Below, one piece after another: positions 1-9,040 of a stretch of DNA of 64,000 nucleotides. Origin of the DNA: an uncultured Nitrososphaerota archaeon. Its GTDB lineage: Archaea > Korarchaeota > Korarchaeia > Korarchaeales > Korarchaeaceae. Location: NCBI GenBank assembly GCA_964594835.1, contig CAZQNA010000002.1, positions 128,001 through 192,000 on the forward strand, given 5' to 3'. Under the pieces are notes generated by a model, which worked only from the letters and a program-made list of their open reading frames with translations, was not told the DNA's origin and did not search any database. Each line of letters opens with the position of its first letter. Position 1 is the stretch's first letter. Both the position numbers and the translations under genes were made by a program.

Positions 1-416
1 TTCCCGACCTTCTTGAGCTCGAGGACGAAGTACTCGTTGGAGGCTATCATGAGGGCCACGAGCGCGAAGGGGGTGGGTCCCTCGAAGCTGCTGGCGAGCA
101 GGTACAGGAGGCTGAGCATTATGGCGGCCTCTATTGTGAACATCAGGAAGAGCCTCTCCTTCTCGGCTAGGAAGACCTCGACGTCCAGCTCGAGCCCGGC
201 TATGAAGACGATCAGGGCCGCCGCTATCGGGGCGATGGCCAGCAGGCTCTCGTGGGCCTCAATCCCCAGGAGGAGGGAGATGAGCGAGGCGAACATCACG
301 GCAGGGAGTATGACTATCGACCGCCTCTTCGCGTACACGAGAGCGAGCGAGGACGCTATTCCCAGGTGTATCAGCGCTCCCTCAGCCCTGATGAGGTCCA
401 CGATCGCCTCTATCAT
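1..416 (-). CDS. cation:proton antiporter (Kef/NhaP-like), partial, runs off window start
   Basis: Manual translation from ATG at 416: MIEAIVDLIRAEGALIHLGIASSLALVY...AALIVFIAGLELD..., hydrophobic with a CPA-type 'FxAGLELD' motif; not in the ORF track because it is open-ended. Confidence 0.6.
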   Translation of the reverse strand, partial: MIEAIVDLIRAEGALIHLGIASSLALVYAKRRSIVILPAVMFASLISLLLGIEAHESLLAIAPIAAALIVFIAGLELDVEVFLAEKERLFLMFTIEAAIMLSLLYLLASSFEGPTPFALVALMIASNEYFVLELKKVG

Positions 417-471
417 CGTGCCCGCGCGCCGGGCTGGCGTTAAAAATCTGCCAAGGTCGGATCACAAGGCC

Positions 472-1392
472 ATGAGCTGGGTGGGTCTCCCGGGGTACGA
501 CTGCGGGCTCTGCGGCCTGCCCTCTTGCGCCTCCGCCGCCCGTCACATGGAGGCGGGGAGGCGGGACGTGTGCTGCCCGTTCTCGAGTCCGTCGATCGGC
601 CCTCCCTGGATAGCGAGGCCCTCCGGCGTCAGGGTGGTCAGGCCGTGCCCGTCCCGCCCATCCCTGGCGGAGGTTGTGGTCTCCCTCTCCCCCGAGGGAG
701 CCTCCTTCAGGCCGATAGACGCCGAGGCGGCGGCCCTCACGCTGCCCGCGCTCGGCCTGAGGACTAGGACCGCCCTGAGGGGCCAGATGGTCGTGGGCGA
801 GGGGGCTGACCTCAGGGTGAACGCCTTCATAACGGGCAAGGTCTCGGTGAGGTCGGAGCGAGGGGAGGAGGCGGCCAGGGAGGCCCTCCCCGCGATCCTG
901 AGGTGCCTGGCCGCCGCCCACGTGTGCCAGGAGACCGGCCTGTCTGAGCTGGAGGTCGCCGCAGGGTGGGCGGGGCCGGGTCACCCCCTGCTCTGCAGCC
1001 TGCCCGACCCGTACCTCGGGCTGGCCGGGCTGAGGCGGAGGGGGGTGCCGGCGCGGCTGGCCCTGAGGGAGAGGCCGGAGGTGGAGGACGCCGTTCGGGG
1101 AATGTCCTCCCTCCAGGAGCGGGATCTGAGGTCCGCGGAGGGTCTGGCCGTGGAACTAATCGTCCAAGGTGACCTGCTCGGCCTTTGGCTGCTCGGGGTG
1201 GCGGTCGAGGTCAGGAGGGCCCTGAAGAACGACCCCTCGGGGTCGAACCTGGGCCCCCTCTCGGACGTCCTCGCCGGCAGGTCCCCCGACCTCGGCTCCC
1301 TCAGGAGGAGGGCGGAGTCCAAGGATCGGTCCGCGGCGAGGCCGGCGCTGGCCGCGCTCAGGCTCGTCCACGCGCCGGACGTGTCGGTTTGA
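472..1392 (+). CDS. (Fe-S)-binding domain protein
   Basis: N-terminal LPGYDCGLCGLPSC...CCPF putative Fe-S motif; start set at ATG 472 because the upstream part of ORF 13..1392 is antisense to the antiporter. Confidence 0.7.
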   Translation: MSWVGLPGYDCGLCGLPSCASAARHMEAGRRDVCCPFSSPSIGPPWIARPSGVRVVRPCPSRPSLAEVVVSLSPEGASFRPIDAEAAALTLPALGLRTRTALRGQMVVGEGADLRVNAFITGKVSVRSERGEEAAREALPAILRCLAAAHVCQETGLSELEVAAGWAGPGHPLLCSLPDPYLGLAGLRRRGVPARLALRERPEVEDAVRGMSSLQERDLRSAEGLAVELIVQGDLLGLWLLGVAVEVRRALKNDPSGSNLGPLSDVLAGRSPDLGSLRRRAESKDRSAARPALAALRLVHAPDVSV

Positions 1393-1470
1393 CTATCGAC
1401 GAGGCGGCCGGGGTCTGCCGACGACCCCCGGCTTTGATGTATTATTACCCGCCCCTGACCGGTGGGGTCG

Positions 1471-3540
1471 ATGAGAAGCGCCCGGGCGGCCCTCGCCGCG
1501 GCGGCCCTAGTGGCCGTCGCCCACGCTCACCTCGCCTCAACGGCCTCGGCCGCGCCGTGCGGGATCCACGAGTTCCCGTCCGGGGTCGGACTCTGGTTCA
1601 CGCTGTCCACGGGGACCTCCACCCCGCCCTTCTCGTCGATCTACCCCCACCAGCTGGCGTATCCCCTCGACGGGCCGACCGAGCCCGCCTACCTGTTCGT
1701 CCCGAGGGACCTGACCCTGGAGGAGCGCGCGGTGTACTCGTGCCCTGCATGCCCGAGGGTGGGGGAGAGGGTCTGCCTCCACCCAGTCGTAACGTACAGC
1801 GCCGCCTCCAAGCTCGACTCCCTTCCGTCGGACACCTACTCCGCTCCCCTGGATGGGATCACGTGGATCGAGGCATACAACGACGCCGACACCCCCTCTG
1901 TGACGTACGAGGAGGTCGTGGTGAAGTACGGCGACCACCTCTTCTACAGGGGCGGGGTCACGGCCGATCCGGAGGTCAACGCCACCGACATGTACTCCGG
2001 GGCGGATGTGGAGTACTCCCTGAACAGGCCGGGCTTCTTCCTGGCCTTCGCCCCCTCCGGACCCTCGACGACGGCGATCCTGAGGGAGGGGGACAGGCAC
2101 TTCGTCCAGTTCCTGGGCTACTGGCTCGAGCTGAAGAATGTCTCCGAAACGGGGGCCCAGCTCGTCATCCTCGACGGGTCCCTGTCCCCCGTCACGATAC
2201 TGAACCTCGGGTACTCCGCCGCGCCGGACGGGACGGTCAACAGGCTCTTCATATACCGCGAGGACCTGGGAGGGAACAGGCTCTCCTCCCCGGCCAGGTA
2301 CGGAGGTAAGAGCGTCCCCATGATATTTTTCCTCCACGTCTACAGGGTCGACACCGACCACGACTACCTGGAGGTGCTCCTCAGCAGCCCGTGGATCGAC
2401 GTCCAGGCGTTCGAGCGGCTCGACCTGGACGGGGACGGCTATCCGGACGTGACCGATCTGGAGGAGAGCTGGCCCTCTGACTCCCCGCCGTCGGGCTTCG
2501 ACTGGTGGATCCAGTACACGTCGGACGGCCCCTACTTCGTGGGCTTCGTGATCCTCGACGGGTCGAGGGAGGGACCCTACGCGGTGAGGGCGTCCACGTG
2601 GCAGTCCCTGGGGAGGTTCTACGGGGTGACCTCTTACACCTGGGCGTACGGCGACCCCGTTGAGGTTCACGACCCGGTCTGGTATCTTGTGTTCGAGAAC
2701 GGGACCTGGGAGGTCGGTGAGGAGAGGGAGTACGGGGGGCGGGTCTTCGCGCTCACGTCGATAGAGGTGGCCTCCTCCCCGAGCGGGACCTGCTGCGGGG
2801 CGAACTGCACAAACTGGTCCAGGTTCGGCGTCTACAGGGTGACCGAGGGATTCTGCGTGCCGGTGGGCAAGTGCGACCTCAACTCGTCCGTCGGGTACCT
2901 GGCGATCTCGACAGCGCACTCTCCGAGGACCCTTGAGGTCAAGGACTGGTCCCCCGGCACTGAGGTCCCCCTGAAGTACTGCGGGTGCGCCTACCGCTCG
3001 GGAGAGGCTCCCCCGCCCACTACCCCGCCCCCGTCTCCACCGCCGCCACCGTTCAGGTACGTCCTCTCGCCCTCCCCCGCCGACGCTGAGGCCGCGCTGG
3101 AGCTTGCCAGGTTGAGGGGGGCGTCCGTGATGTCTCAGCCTCCGGCCGAGGGGGACTACGTGATCTTGGGCGGCCCCTTCGCCCACGAGTTCGGGTCGGA
3201 GGCGGCGAGGAGGGCCAGGGTGATCTTCTACAGGGAGTCGGGGCACCTCGTCATGAGGGTCTCGGCCATAGACCAGACCTGGAGGGTCAACGGATCGGAC
3301 TGGGGCGTCAGGGACTACGCCGTCGCCTTCTCGTATGTGGACGGGGCAGGCAACAGGGTGTACGCCGCCATGGGCCTCACGAGGTACGGGACTAGGGCCG
3401 CTGCCCTGTGGCTGAACTCCCACTGCGGCTGGCTCACCGGCGGGTACGGATCCGTGATAGAGTGGAGGGACTACGACGGCGACGGGGAGGTGGAGCCCTC
3501 CGAGGTGAGGCAGGTCGCCAGGTTCCCAGTCTCCGGGTGA
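1471..3540 (+). CDS. secreted S-layer-associated protein
   Basis: Ala-rich signal peptide, acidic beta-rich body, Pro linker, C-terminal S-layer-type domain (VILGGP...DYAV...MGLTRYGTRAA...EWRDYDGDGEVE). Confidence 0.7.
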   Translation: MRSARAALAAAALVAVAHAHLASTASAAPCGIHEFPSGVGLWFTLSTGTSTPPFSSIYPHQLAYPLDGPTEPAYLFVPRDLTLEERAVYSCPACPRVGERVCLHPVVTYSAASKLDSLPSDTYSAPLDGITWIEAYNDADTPSVTYEEVVVKYGDHLFYRGGVTADPEVNATDMYSGADVEYSLNRPGFFLAFAPSGPSTTAILREGDRHFVQFLGYWLELKNVSETGAQLVILDGSLSPVTILNLGYSAAPDGTVNRLFIYREDLGGNRLSSPARYGGKSVPMIFFLHVYRVDTDHDYLEVLLSSPWIDVQAFERLDLDGDGYPDVTDLEESWPSDSPPSGFDWWIQYTSDGPYFVGFVILDGSREGPYAVRASTWQSLGRFYGVTSYTWAYGDPVEVHDPVWYLVFENGTWEVGEEREYGGRVFALTSIEVASSPSGTCCGANCTNWSRFGVYRVTEGFCVPVGKCDLNSSVGYLAISTAHSPRTLEVKDWSPGTEVPLKYCGCAYRSGEAPPPTTPPPSPPPPPFRYVLSPSPADAEAALELARLRGASVMSQPPAEGDYVILGGPFAHEFGSEAARRARVIFYRESGHLVMRVSAIDQTWRVNGSDWGVRDYAVAFSYVDGAGNRVYAAMGLTRYGTRAAALWLNSHCGWLTGGYGSVIEWRDYDGDGEVEPSEVRQVARFPVSG
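3010..3051 (+). repeat. poly-proline linker (PPPTTPPPSPPPPP)
   Basis: CCN-rich run within CDS 1471..3540. Confidence 0.8.
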
Positions 3541-3646
3541 GGGCGCCGGGCCTGGCGTGCCCGATCCGAGGGGCCGGCCGATCTGATGCGACGATCCTCG
3601 CACCTGACCCATCCCACTTTTTACCGCCGCACCGGGCTGGGCTACC

Positions 3647-4915
3647 GTGCCCCGTAGAGCCGCGGCGGCCGCGCTGACTCTCCCGCTCATCCTCCTCCCG
3701 CAGGCGCCCACCTCGCTGGCGTGTCCCCCCACGGGTGGATACGTGGGGGCGATCTTCCCGGGGGGAATTGAGGCCGAGCAGGCGCTGAGAGCTCTAACGG
3801 AGTCTGGGATAAACGCGAGCCTCACGAACCTGACTTTCCCCTACGCCGGGGGAGTCCTGAGGCTGAGCGCCGTGGAGTTCGTCGTGGGCCGCTGGCCGGG
3901 CGGCAGGCCGCTCCGCGTGTACCTGGTCCCCGGTCACCGGGCGACGCTCGTCCTATCAGAGACGTCGGCCGATCTGGACGCCGGGTGGCTCGGCCTGGCC
4001 CTGGCGATCCTGGCCTCGGTCGGGGTCTTGGATCCGCGAACCCAGGTGGCCGGCTCCTTGGAGTCGCAGAACAACGAGTCTCCTCCAGAGGCCGTCGTGA
4101 GGTGGGTCGATCTCGAGATGGGCATGGACCTCTCGGAGAGGACCATCGTGTGGAGGTGCGGCGGCCCTCTGGGGACGCCCCCAGCGATCGAATCTTTGCA
4201 TCTTGGGGCTGCCGTCGTGGCCAACGAGATAGACGCGAACGTGAGCTACCCGCTCCTCAGAGGCGCCCTGGAGGATGCCGGCCTCCGGGCGGTGCTGCTG
4301 CCTCCGGAGATGGCTGCAGAGGCGATCCTCAGCTACCCGATCGTGATATTCCTCGGCGGCCACCTGGCCCCCGGCACGGGCCCGGCGGTGTCGCCGTTCC
4401 TGGACCAGGCCGTCGCCCGTGAGCTGGCAGCCGGAGAGACGCCGAGGCTGATCCAGGTGCGGCCGGTGGGCGGGGTGACTGTGGTTGTCCTGGCCGGGGC
4501 GGACCGCTGGGAGACCAGGGCGGCGGTCGAGGAGTTCGCCTCCCTGGGGTGGCCGGAGAGGCTGGCGTCCGCGCAGGCGTGCCCGGAAGGCGTCTGCGTG
4601 AGGATCGTCTCGAGCTCCGGGAGCTGCGCGGTCGGAGGGGAGGGCGGAGTCACGGCGGTCGCAGATGGGGCCTACGCGCTCGTCACCTACAGGGAGGGCG
4701 CTCCGAACCCCTGCGCCTTCCACGCGATCTCCTCGGTCTCGGTCTCCGCGCCCGACAGGACCGTTGAGGTGACGCTGACGCTCCAGAGGCGAAAGGTCAT
4801 CTGCGTCCAGTGCGTCGGCGTCATAGCCACTACGCTTCGGATCGGCCCGCTGGAGCCCGGCGAGTGGACGATGGTGGTCAACGGGCGGCCGGTATCGTTG
4901 ACGATACGGGGATAG
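3647..4915 (+). CDS. secreted protein with S-layer-type anchoring domain and C-terminal Cys-containing beta domain
   Basis: Signal peptide; ANEID...LGGHLA...LAGADRWET module; C-terminal PNPC...ICVQCVG...GPLEPGEWTMVVNG resembling PrcB/inhibitor-like Ig folds. Confidence 0.6.
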   Translation: MPRRAAAAALTLPLILLPQAPTSLACPPTGGYVGAIFPGGIEAEQALRALTESGINASLTNLTFPYAGGVLRLSAVEFVVGRWPGGRPLRVYLVPGHRATLVLSETSADLDAGWLGLALAILASVGVLDPRTQVAGSLESQNNESPPEAVVRWVDLEMGMDLSERTIVWRCGGPLGTPPAIESLHLGAAVVANEIDANVSYPLLRGALEDAGLRAVLLPPEMAAEAILSYPIVIFLGGHLAPGTGPAVSPFLDQAVARELAAGETPRLIQVRPVGGVTVVVLAGADRWETRAAVEEFASLGWPERLASAQACPEGVCVRIVSSSGSCAVGGEGGVTAVADGAYALVTYREGAPNPCAFHAISSVSVSAPDRTVEVTLTLQRRKVICVQCVGVIATTLRIGPLEPGEWTMVVNGRPVSLTIRG

Positions 4916-4996
4916 CTCTGCCCTCAGCGGAGTCGTCGCTTTAGGCGCCGAGGGTGAGGGCGAATAAGACTGGATCGGGCGGGGAGGGGAGGGCGC

Positions 4997-5350
4997 TCAG
5001 ACCCCTCCCGACTCGTAGTACCTGAGGACCGCGTCGATGAACCCCCTCATGGCCCTGAGCTCCGCCAGTCTGGCCGAGAGGACCTGCCACCCGGCTGGCG
5101 TCAGCTGGTACACCCTCTTGCCCCTGGGGTCCCCGGGCACGGGCGTTGAGATCACCAGCCCGGAGGCCTCCAGGCGGCGGAGGGTCACGTAAATGAAACC
5201 CTCGGGGAGGGGGGAGCCCGTGAGTTCCTCTATCCTCCTCTTGATCTCATACCCGTGTGAGTGCCCCTTGGAGATCATCAGGAGGACAAGCGTCGGGTAC
5301 AGGCCATAGAGGCCCGCACCCCGAGCCCCCCACCTCCACCGCCTACCCAT
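4997..5350 (-). CDS. PadR-family transcriptional regulator
   Basis: HGYEIKRRI...GFIYVTLRRLE..GLV...KRVYQLTPAG signature. Confidence 0.92.
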   Translation of the reverse strand: MGRRWRWGARGAGLYGLYPTLVLLMISKGHSHGYEIKRRIEELTGSPLPEGFIYVTLRRLEASGLVISTPVPGDPRGKRVYQLTPAGWQVLSARLAELRAMRGFIDAVLRYYESGGV

Positions 5351-5375
5351 CTCGGCTCTCTCCCCGGGGCGAACT

Positions 5376-5412
5376 ATATATACTCAAAATATGGATAGTG
5401 ATGATATCCATA
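5376..5412. promoter_or_regulatory. divergent promoter with candidate operator palindromes
   Basis: TATATATA (5375-5382) and perfect inverted repeat TATGGATA-N7-TATCCATA (5390-5412) between the PadR gene and the downstream genes. Confidence 0.6.
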
Positions 5413-5424
5413 GGGGTGATGCCC

Positions 5425-5709
5425 ATGGCCTGGTGGTACCCGGCCTACGGCACGGGGTACTGGTGGCCCTGGCTCTTCTGGTGGGGCTGGGGGAGGGGCA
5501 GAGGGAGGGGATGGTGCTGGTGGCTCTTCTGGCTCCCGCTCCTGAGCCAGTACTGGCCTCAGTACTTCCCGCCGCTTCCCTGGCCCTGGTTCCCGTGGGC
5601 GCCTCTGGCGCAGCCCTCCAGGGAGGCCCTCGAGAGGGAGCGTGACTACCTCAGGAGGCAGCTGGAGGACATAGAGAGGAGGCTGAGGGAGCTGGAGGGA
5701 GGGCAGTGA
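5425..5709 (+). CDS. DUF5320-like Trp/Pro-rich small protein with C-terminal coiled coil
   Basis: GGGGTGA RBS; GRGRGRGWC motif; tail ALERERDYLRRQLEDIERRLRELE. Confidence 0.75.
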   Translation: MAWWYPAYGTGYWWPWLFWWGWGRGRGRGWCWWLFWLPLLSQYWPQYFPPLPWPWFPWAPLAQPSREALERERDYLRRQLEDIERRLRELEGGQ

Positions 5710-6291
5710 CCCTCCCCCGGCCGCAACATTTTTACGCCCCCTATGGGTAACAACGTTACATATGGAGGTGGGTGATATGGGATGGTTCGGTTGGGGATGG
5801 GGATGGGGAGGATACGGCTACGGCAGGGGTAGGAGGGGCAGAGGGAGAGGCGGAGGCTGGGGCAGAGGATGGGGCTACGGAGGCCCTGGGTTCGGATTCG
5901 GCCTCGGATGGGGCAGGGGTTGGGGATGGGGAGGCCCGGGGTGGGGCGCGATGCTCGGGTGGCCCCTCATCAGCTCCGCGATGTCCAGGGGATACTACTA
6001 CGTGGGTCCCTGCAGGAGCGGGCTCGGCCCCTTCGCCTTCTACGTGACCCCCGACGGCAGGCTGGTCCACGCCTGGCAGGTGTACGGGACCACCACCGGA
6101 CTCCCGGTTCCCCCGTACCCGTATCCGTACGCGTACGGGTACCCCTTCTCGGCCTCGGCCCCCCTGCCTACTGCAGCGGCTCCGGGGACCCAGCCGCCGC
6201 TCCCGTCTGACCGCGACTCGCTGCTAAGGGAGCGCGACTACCTCAGGAGGCAGCTGGAGGACATAGAGAGGAGGCTGAGGGAGCTGGAGGG
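5635..6291 (+). repeat. 65-bp direct repeat (5635-5699 and 6227-6291)
   Basis: Aligned by eye, one mismatch (CGT/CGC); encodes RERDYLRRQLEDIERRLRELE in both genes. Confidence 0.9.
5743..5763. promoter_or_regulatory. second candidate operator
   Basis: ATGGGTA-N7-TACATAT, same spacing as the 5391-5411 site, just downstream of TTTTTA (TATA-like). Confidence 0.5.
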
Positions 6292-6301
6292 GGGAGTCTG
6301 A
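5777..6301 (+). CDS. DUF5320-like Gly/Trp/Arg-rich protein with C-terminal coiled coil
   Basis: GW/RG repeats, YYYVGPCRSGLGPFAFY motif, Pro/Tyr linker, same coiled-coil tail. Confidence 0.75.
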   Translation: MGWFGWGWGWGGYGYGRGRRGRGRGGGWGRGWGYGGPGFGFGLGWGRGWGWGGPGWGAMLGWPLISSAMSRGYYYVGPCRSGLGPFAFYVTPDGRLVHAWQVYGTTTGLPVPPYPYPYAYGYPFSASAPLPTAAAPGTQPPLPSDRDSLLRERDYLRRQLEDIERRLRELEGGV

Positions 6302-6302
6302 G

Positions 6303-6890
6303 GTGAGGATAGCGGTGGCCGCGGAGGGCCCGGAGGGCCTCGACGCGGTGGTCTCCTACACCTTCGGCAGGGCCCCCTACTTCGTCCTCGTGGAGGTGGT
6401 GGAGGGGGAGGGGAGGATCTCGGGGGCGACCTCCCACTCGAACCCCTACGCGGGCGCCCCCAGCGCGGCTGGCCCCTCGGCCGCGCAGTTCGTCGCCAGC
6501 CTCGGCGCCCAGGTGGCCATGGCAGGGGACTTCGGGATCAACGCCGTTCAGGCGCTGATGAGCCTCGGCATACAGCCCGTCTCGGGATTTGCGGGCATGA
6601 GGGTCAGGGACGCGGTCGAGGCCTACCTGCAGGGAGGGCCCAGGCTCGCGCCGCCTCCCGTGAGGCCGCCCTCGCCCACGCCTACGACCTACCCGCTGAG
6701 AGTTCCGGCGACGCTGCCTCAGCCGCCGCAGCCCGTTCCTCCACCGCCGGCGCCCCCGATTGGGGTTGCGCTCCCGAGGGAAGAGGAAATCCGCCTGCTG
6801 AAGGAGCAGAAGCGGTGGATAGAGGAGAGGCTGAGGCAGATAGAGGAGAGGCTCAGGGAACTGGACAAGCAGGAGAGGGAGGGTGAGTGA
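6303..6890 (+). CDS. NifB/NifX-family (FeMo-co-binding-like) protein with Pro linker and coiled-coil tail
   Basis: MRIAVA...FGRAPYFVLVEV...AGDFGINAVQAL..LGI; tail EEEIRLLKEQKRWIEERLRQIEERLRELD. Confidence 0.88.
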   Translation: MRIAVAAEGPEGLDAVVSYTFGRAPYFVLVEVVEGEGRISGATSHSNPYAGAPSAAGPSAAQFVASLGAQVAMAGDFGINAVQALMSLGIQPVSGFAGMRVRDAVEAYLQGGPRLAPPPVRPPSPTPTTYPLRVPATLPQPPQPVPPPPAPPIGVALPREEEIRLLKEQKRWIEERLRQIEERLRELDKQEREGE

Positions 6891-7027
6891 ACTAGCTAAG
6901 AAGGTGAAGGAGGGAGAGGAGGTAACGAGGGCCGAGGCTGGAACTCGCCCCTCATCTCTCTTGACCTTCCCCGACTCTACTCTAGGATAAACTTTCAATA
7001 TTTCGAAGGTAAAAAAAGTGGATTTGT

Positions 7028-9040
7028 CTATCCTACTCCAATTACCTTCTCCAATGCGTAGAATGACGGTGGAATGTAGTCGATTCCCAGTTGCCTTGGA
7101 TCCCCGTCAACAGGCACAGCTTGACCAAAGACATATATTGTAATGGTGATCGGTCTCTGGTCCAAGAAGCAGCAGTGAGAAGGGAGCCTCTCTATTGTAG
7201 CAGGATCGCCAGAGCTCAAGAGTTCGATGGCATACCAATACTTAGTTATGGGATCATATGCCGCCAAGAGGTGATGTCCACATCCCTGAATAGGGTTAAT
7301 AACATATGACACCATTATGTTTTCATCAGCTATCCATTTGGCAAGAGCCGACGCTACTTGGCACGAGAATTCACCTTCCTTTAAAAAATTTGTCTCTATG
7401 TTATAAGGCTCTGACACGCCAAATACCCTCTTGACCCCCGGAAAGTTGTTCATTATGTACCTGAAGTCATCTACACTCGAAACTGGTGGCACGCGAGAGA
7501 GTATTTTTTCCCTAATGAGTTCCGGATCATCTCCTGTATAGCCGCAATAGCACGGAACCTTATTAGTAGAAGAGTAAGATAAGGCGCTATAGAACCCCTC
7601 TTCAATCCCCAGCTTTTCCACGCGGCGGTTTATTCCGTCAGGAGAGATTCTCTTGTTTCCGAGCATCCAACCTAATGTGGCCCTCCTTATCGGAGAAGAA
7701 CTAACATAATCGAGCAGTTGAGGAGTCAACGCACTAGTGTTTTCACCCGGTAGGTATGGGAATCTTGAGGTTTCCTCTTTCCTCAGGTAGGCCGTCGAGA
7801 TATTGCTTAACCATAACAGGGCTCGAGAGAATTCCTTCTCAAATTCTGTATATATTCTCGCCAAATGATAAATATTCTCGCCAACTTCACTCGACCTATT
7901 TATAGACCAATTCAATATGTTTAAAGCGACTTCCGCAACTTCCATTAGGTCCGAAATTCTGATCTCTACTCTCGTCGTCAGGTTCAGGAATAGCGAGAAC
8001 TCTGAAGCGTTCCCGTTGTTAAAGTTCTCTATAGCGCCTACCAGTACTCGTGAAGACTCATACTCTGGAGCGGGCCCTCCATCTGAATTTCCTAACAGCA
8101 GCATGTTGAGCTCGGGTATGGCGGAGTTCTTCTTCAAAACCTTTGAAGCAAGATCGGTGAACTCGTGCAGATAACAAATATCTGCCTCCAATTTGTTTAG
8201 ATCATTTTTTATTTCATCTCTAAAACATTCCATCTCTTTCTGCCAAGTCAAGGTAACTTCTAAGTCTTTTGGCACTTTTCCTTTAAGTCTACTGAAGTAC
8301 CCCCAATGTATGACAACATCAAACTCTCTATAACACTGATAGGACGAGTAGGGATCTCCGCAGACATCCCTAAGACTGATATTTTTCAGACCATGAGGTC
8401 CCTTTGGCACGTTTCTCCACATGTCTATCTCCTCAACATCTTTCTCGAGTCTCTGTATCAGTTCGTTCCAACCCTCCACAACTAGCGTAACATCTGGACA
8501 TCTCGGGTCGGTGCCGGTAATCGCCTCAAGAAAGTTCGGCGTGCGGTCTTCATCTACGTCCCCAATTGAAAATTCCCTCGTTCCGAACCTGTCGGAGCCA
8601 GCAATTACTATCACCTCTTTTCCGCCAAATTCTTTTACGAAGACGCCCCCACCCCTATCTACTTGCCATTTTTCTTTAGGGGTCAATAGACTGCTTACAA
8701 TGTTGCCTATGCCGTCGTAAGCTCTATGCCCCCCGAGAATGACGATTCTCTTTATTGTTTGATTCCTTACATAATCATAAAAATCTCCTGCATCACCCTT
8801 TATAACTTCTATTCCGTATGATTCCAGGGCGCGTTCTATATCCTCCCCAGCAACCTCCTCATCAATGGAATTCGCAATTATCGCTGCCATTGGGTTTTCT
8901 GTGGAGGCACGTGCCGTCGTCGGGGCGCGAGAGAAGTACTCCTGAGGGATTACACCAGGAGTTGTAAGAACGATGGAGGAGACCATCGCGTGAGAAAGCC
9001 ACATCGAGAACAGGAGTAAGGAAAGGGCCTTGAGCGCCAC
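7028..9040 (-). CDS. secreted protein, S-layer-type anchor plus putative transglutaminase-like domain; low GC
   Basis: Signal peptide; ANSID...LGGHRA...AGSDRFGT; C-terminal FSCQVASAL...GHHLLAAYD...WYAIE (Cys-His-acid order). Confidence 0.6.
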   Translation of the reverse strand: MALKALSLLLFSMWLSHAMVSSIVLTTPGVIPQEYFSRAPTTARASTENPMAAIIANSIDEEVAGEDIERALESYGIEVIKGDAGDFYDYVRNQTIKRIVILGGHRAYDGIGNIVSSLLTPKEKWQVDRGGGVFVKEFGGKEVIVIAGSDRFGTREFSIGDVDEDRTPNFLEAITGTDPRCPDVTLVVEGWNELIQRLEKDVEEIDMWRNVPKGPHGLKNISLRDVCGDPYSSYQCYREFDVVIHWGYFSRLKGKVPKDLEVTLTWQKEMECFRDEIKNDLNKLEADICYLHEFTDLASKVLKKNSAIPELNMLLLGNSDGGPAPEYESSRVLVGAIENFNNGNASEFSLFLNLTTRVEIRISDLMEVAEVALNILNWSINRSSEVGENIYHLARIYTEFEKEFSRALLWLSNISTAYLRKEETSRFPYLPGENTSALTPQLLDYVSSSPIRRATLGWMLGNKRISPDGINRRVEKLGIEEGFYSALSYSSTNKVPCYCGYTGDDPELIREKILSRVPPVSSVDDFRYIMNNFPGVKRVFGVSEPYNIETNFLKEGEFSCQVASALAKWIADENIMVSYVINPIQGCGHHLLAAYDPITKYWYAIELLSSGDPATIERLPSHCCFLDQRPITITIYVFGQAVPVDGDPRQLGIDYIPPSFYALEKVIGVG

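Noticed and set aside
13-471. N-terminal extension of ORF 13..1392
   Set aside because: It is the antisense of the antiporter gene; the Fe-S motif begins right after ATG 472
4921-4980. Possible C/D-box sRNA (CGCTTTAGGC at 4937-4946 is complementary to a conserved 16S GCCUAAAGCG, followed by CCGA)
   Set aside because: No convincing C box or terminal CUGA D box; a 10-nt match can be chance
6303-6890. Nitrogen fixation inferred from the NifX-like gene
   Set aside because: This domain is widespread in non-diazotrophic archaea and no nif structural genes are present
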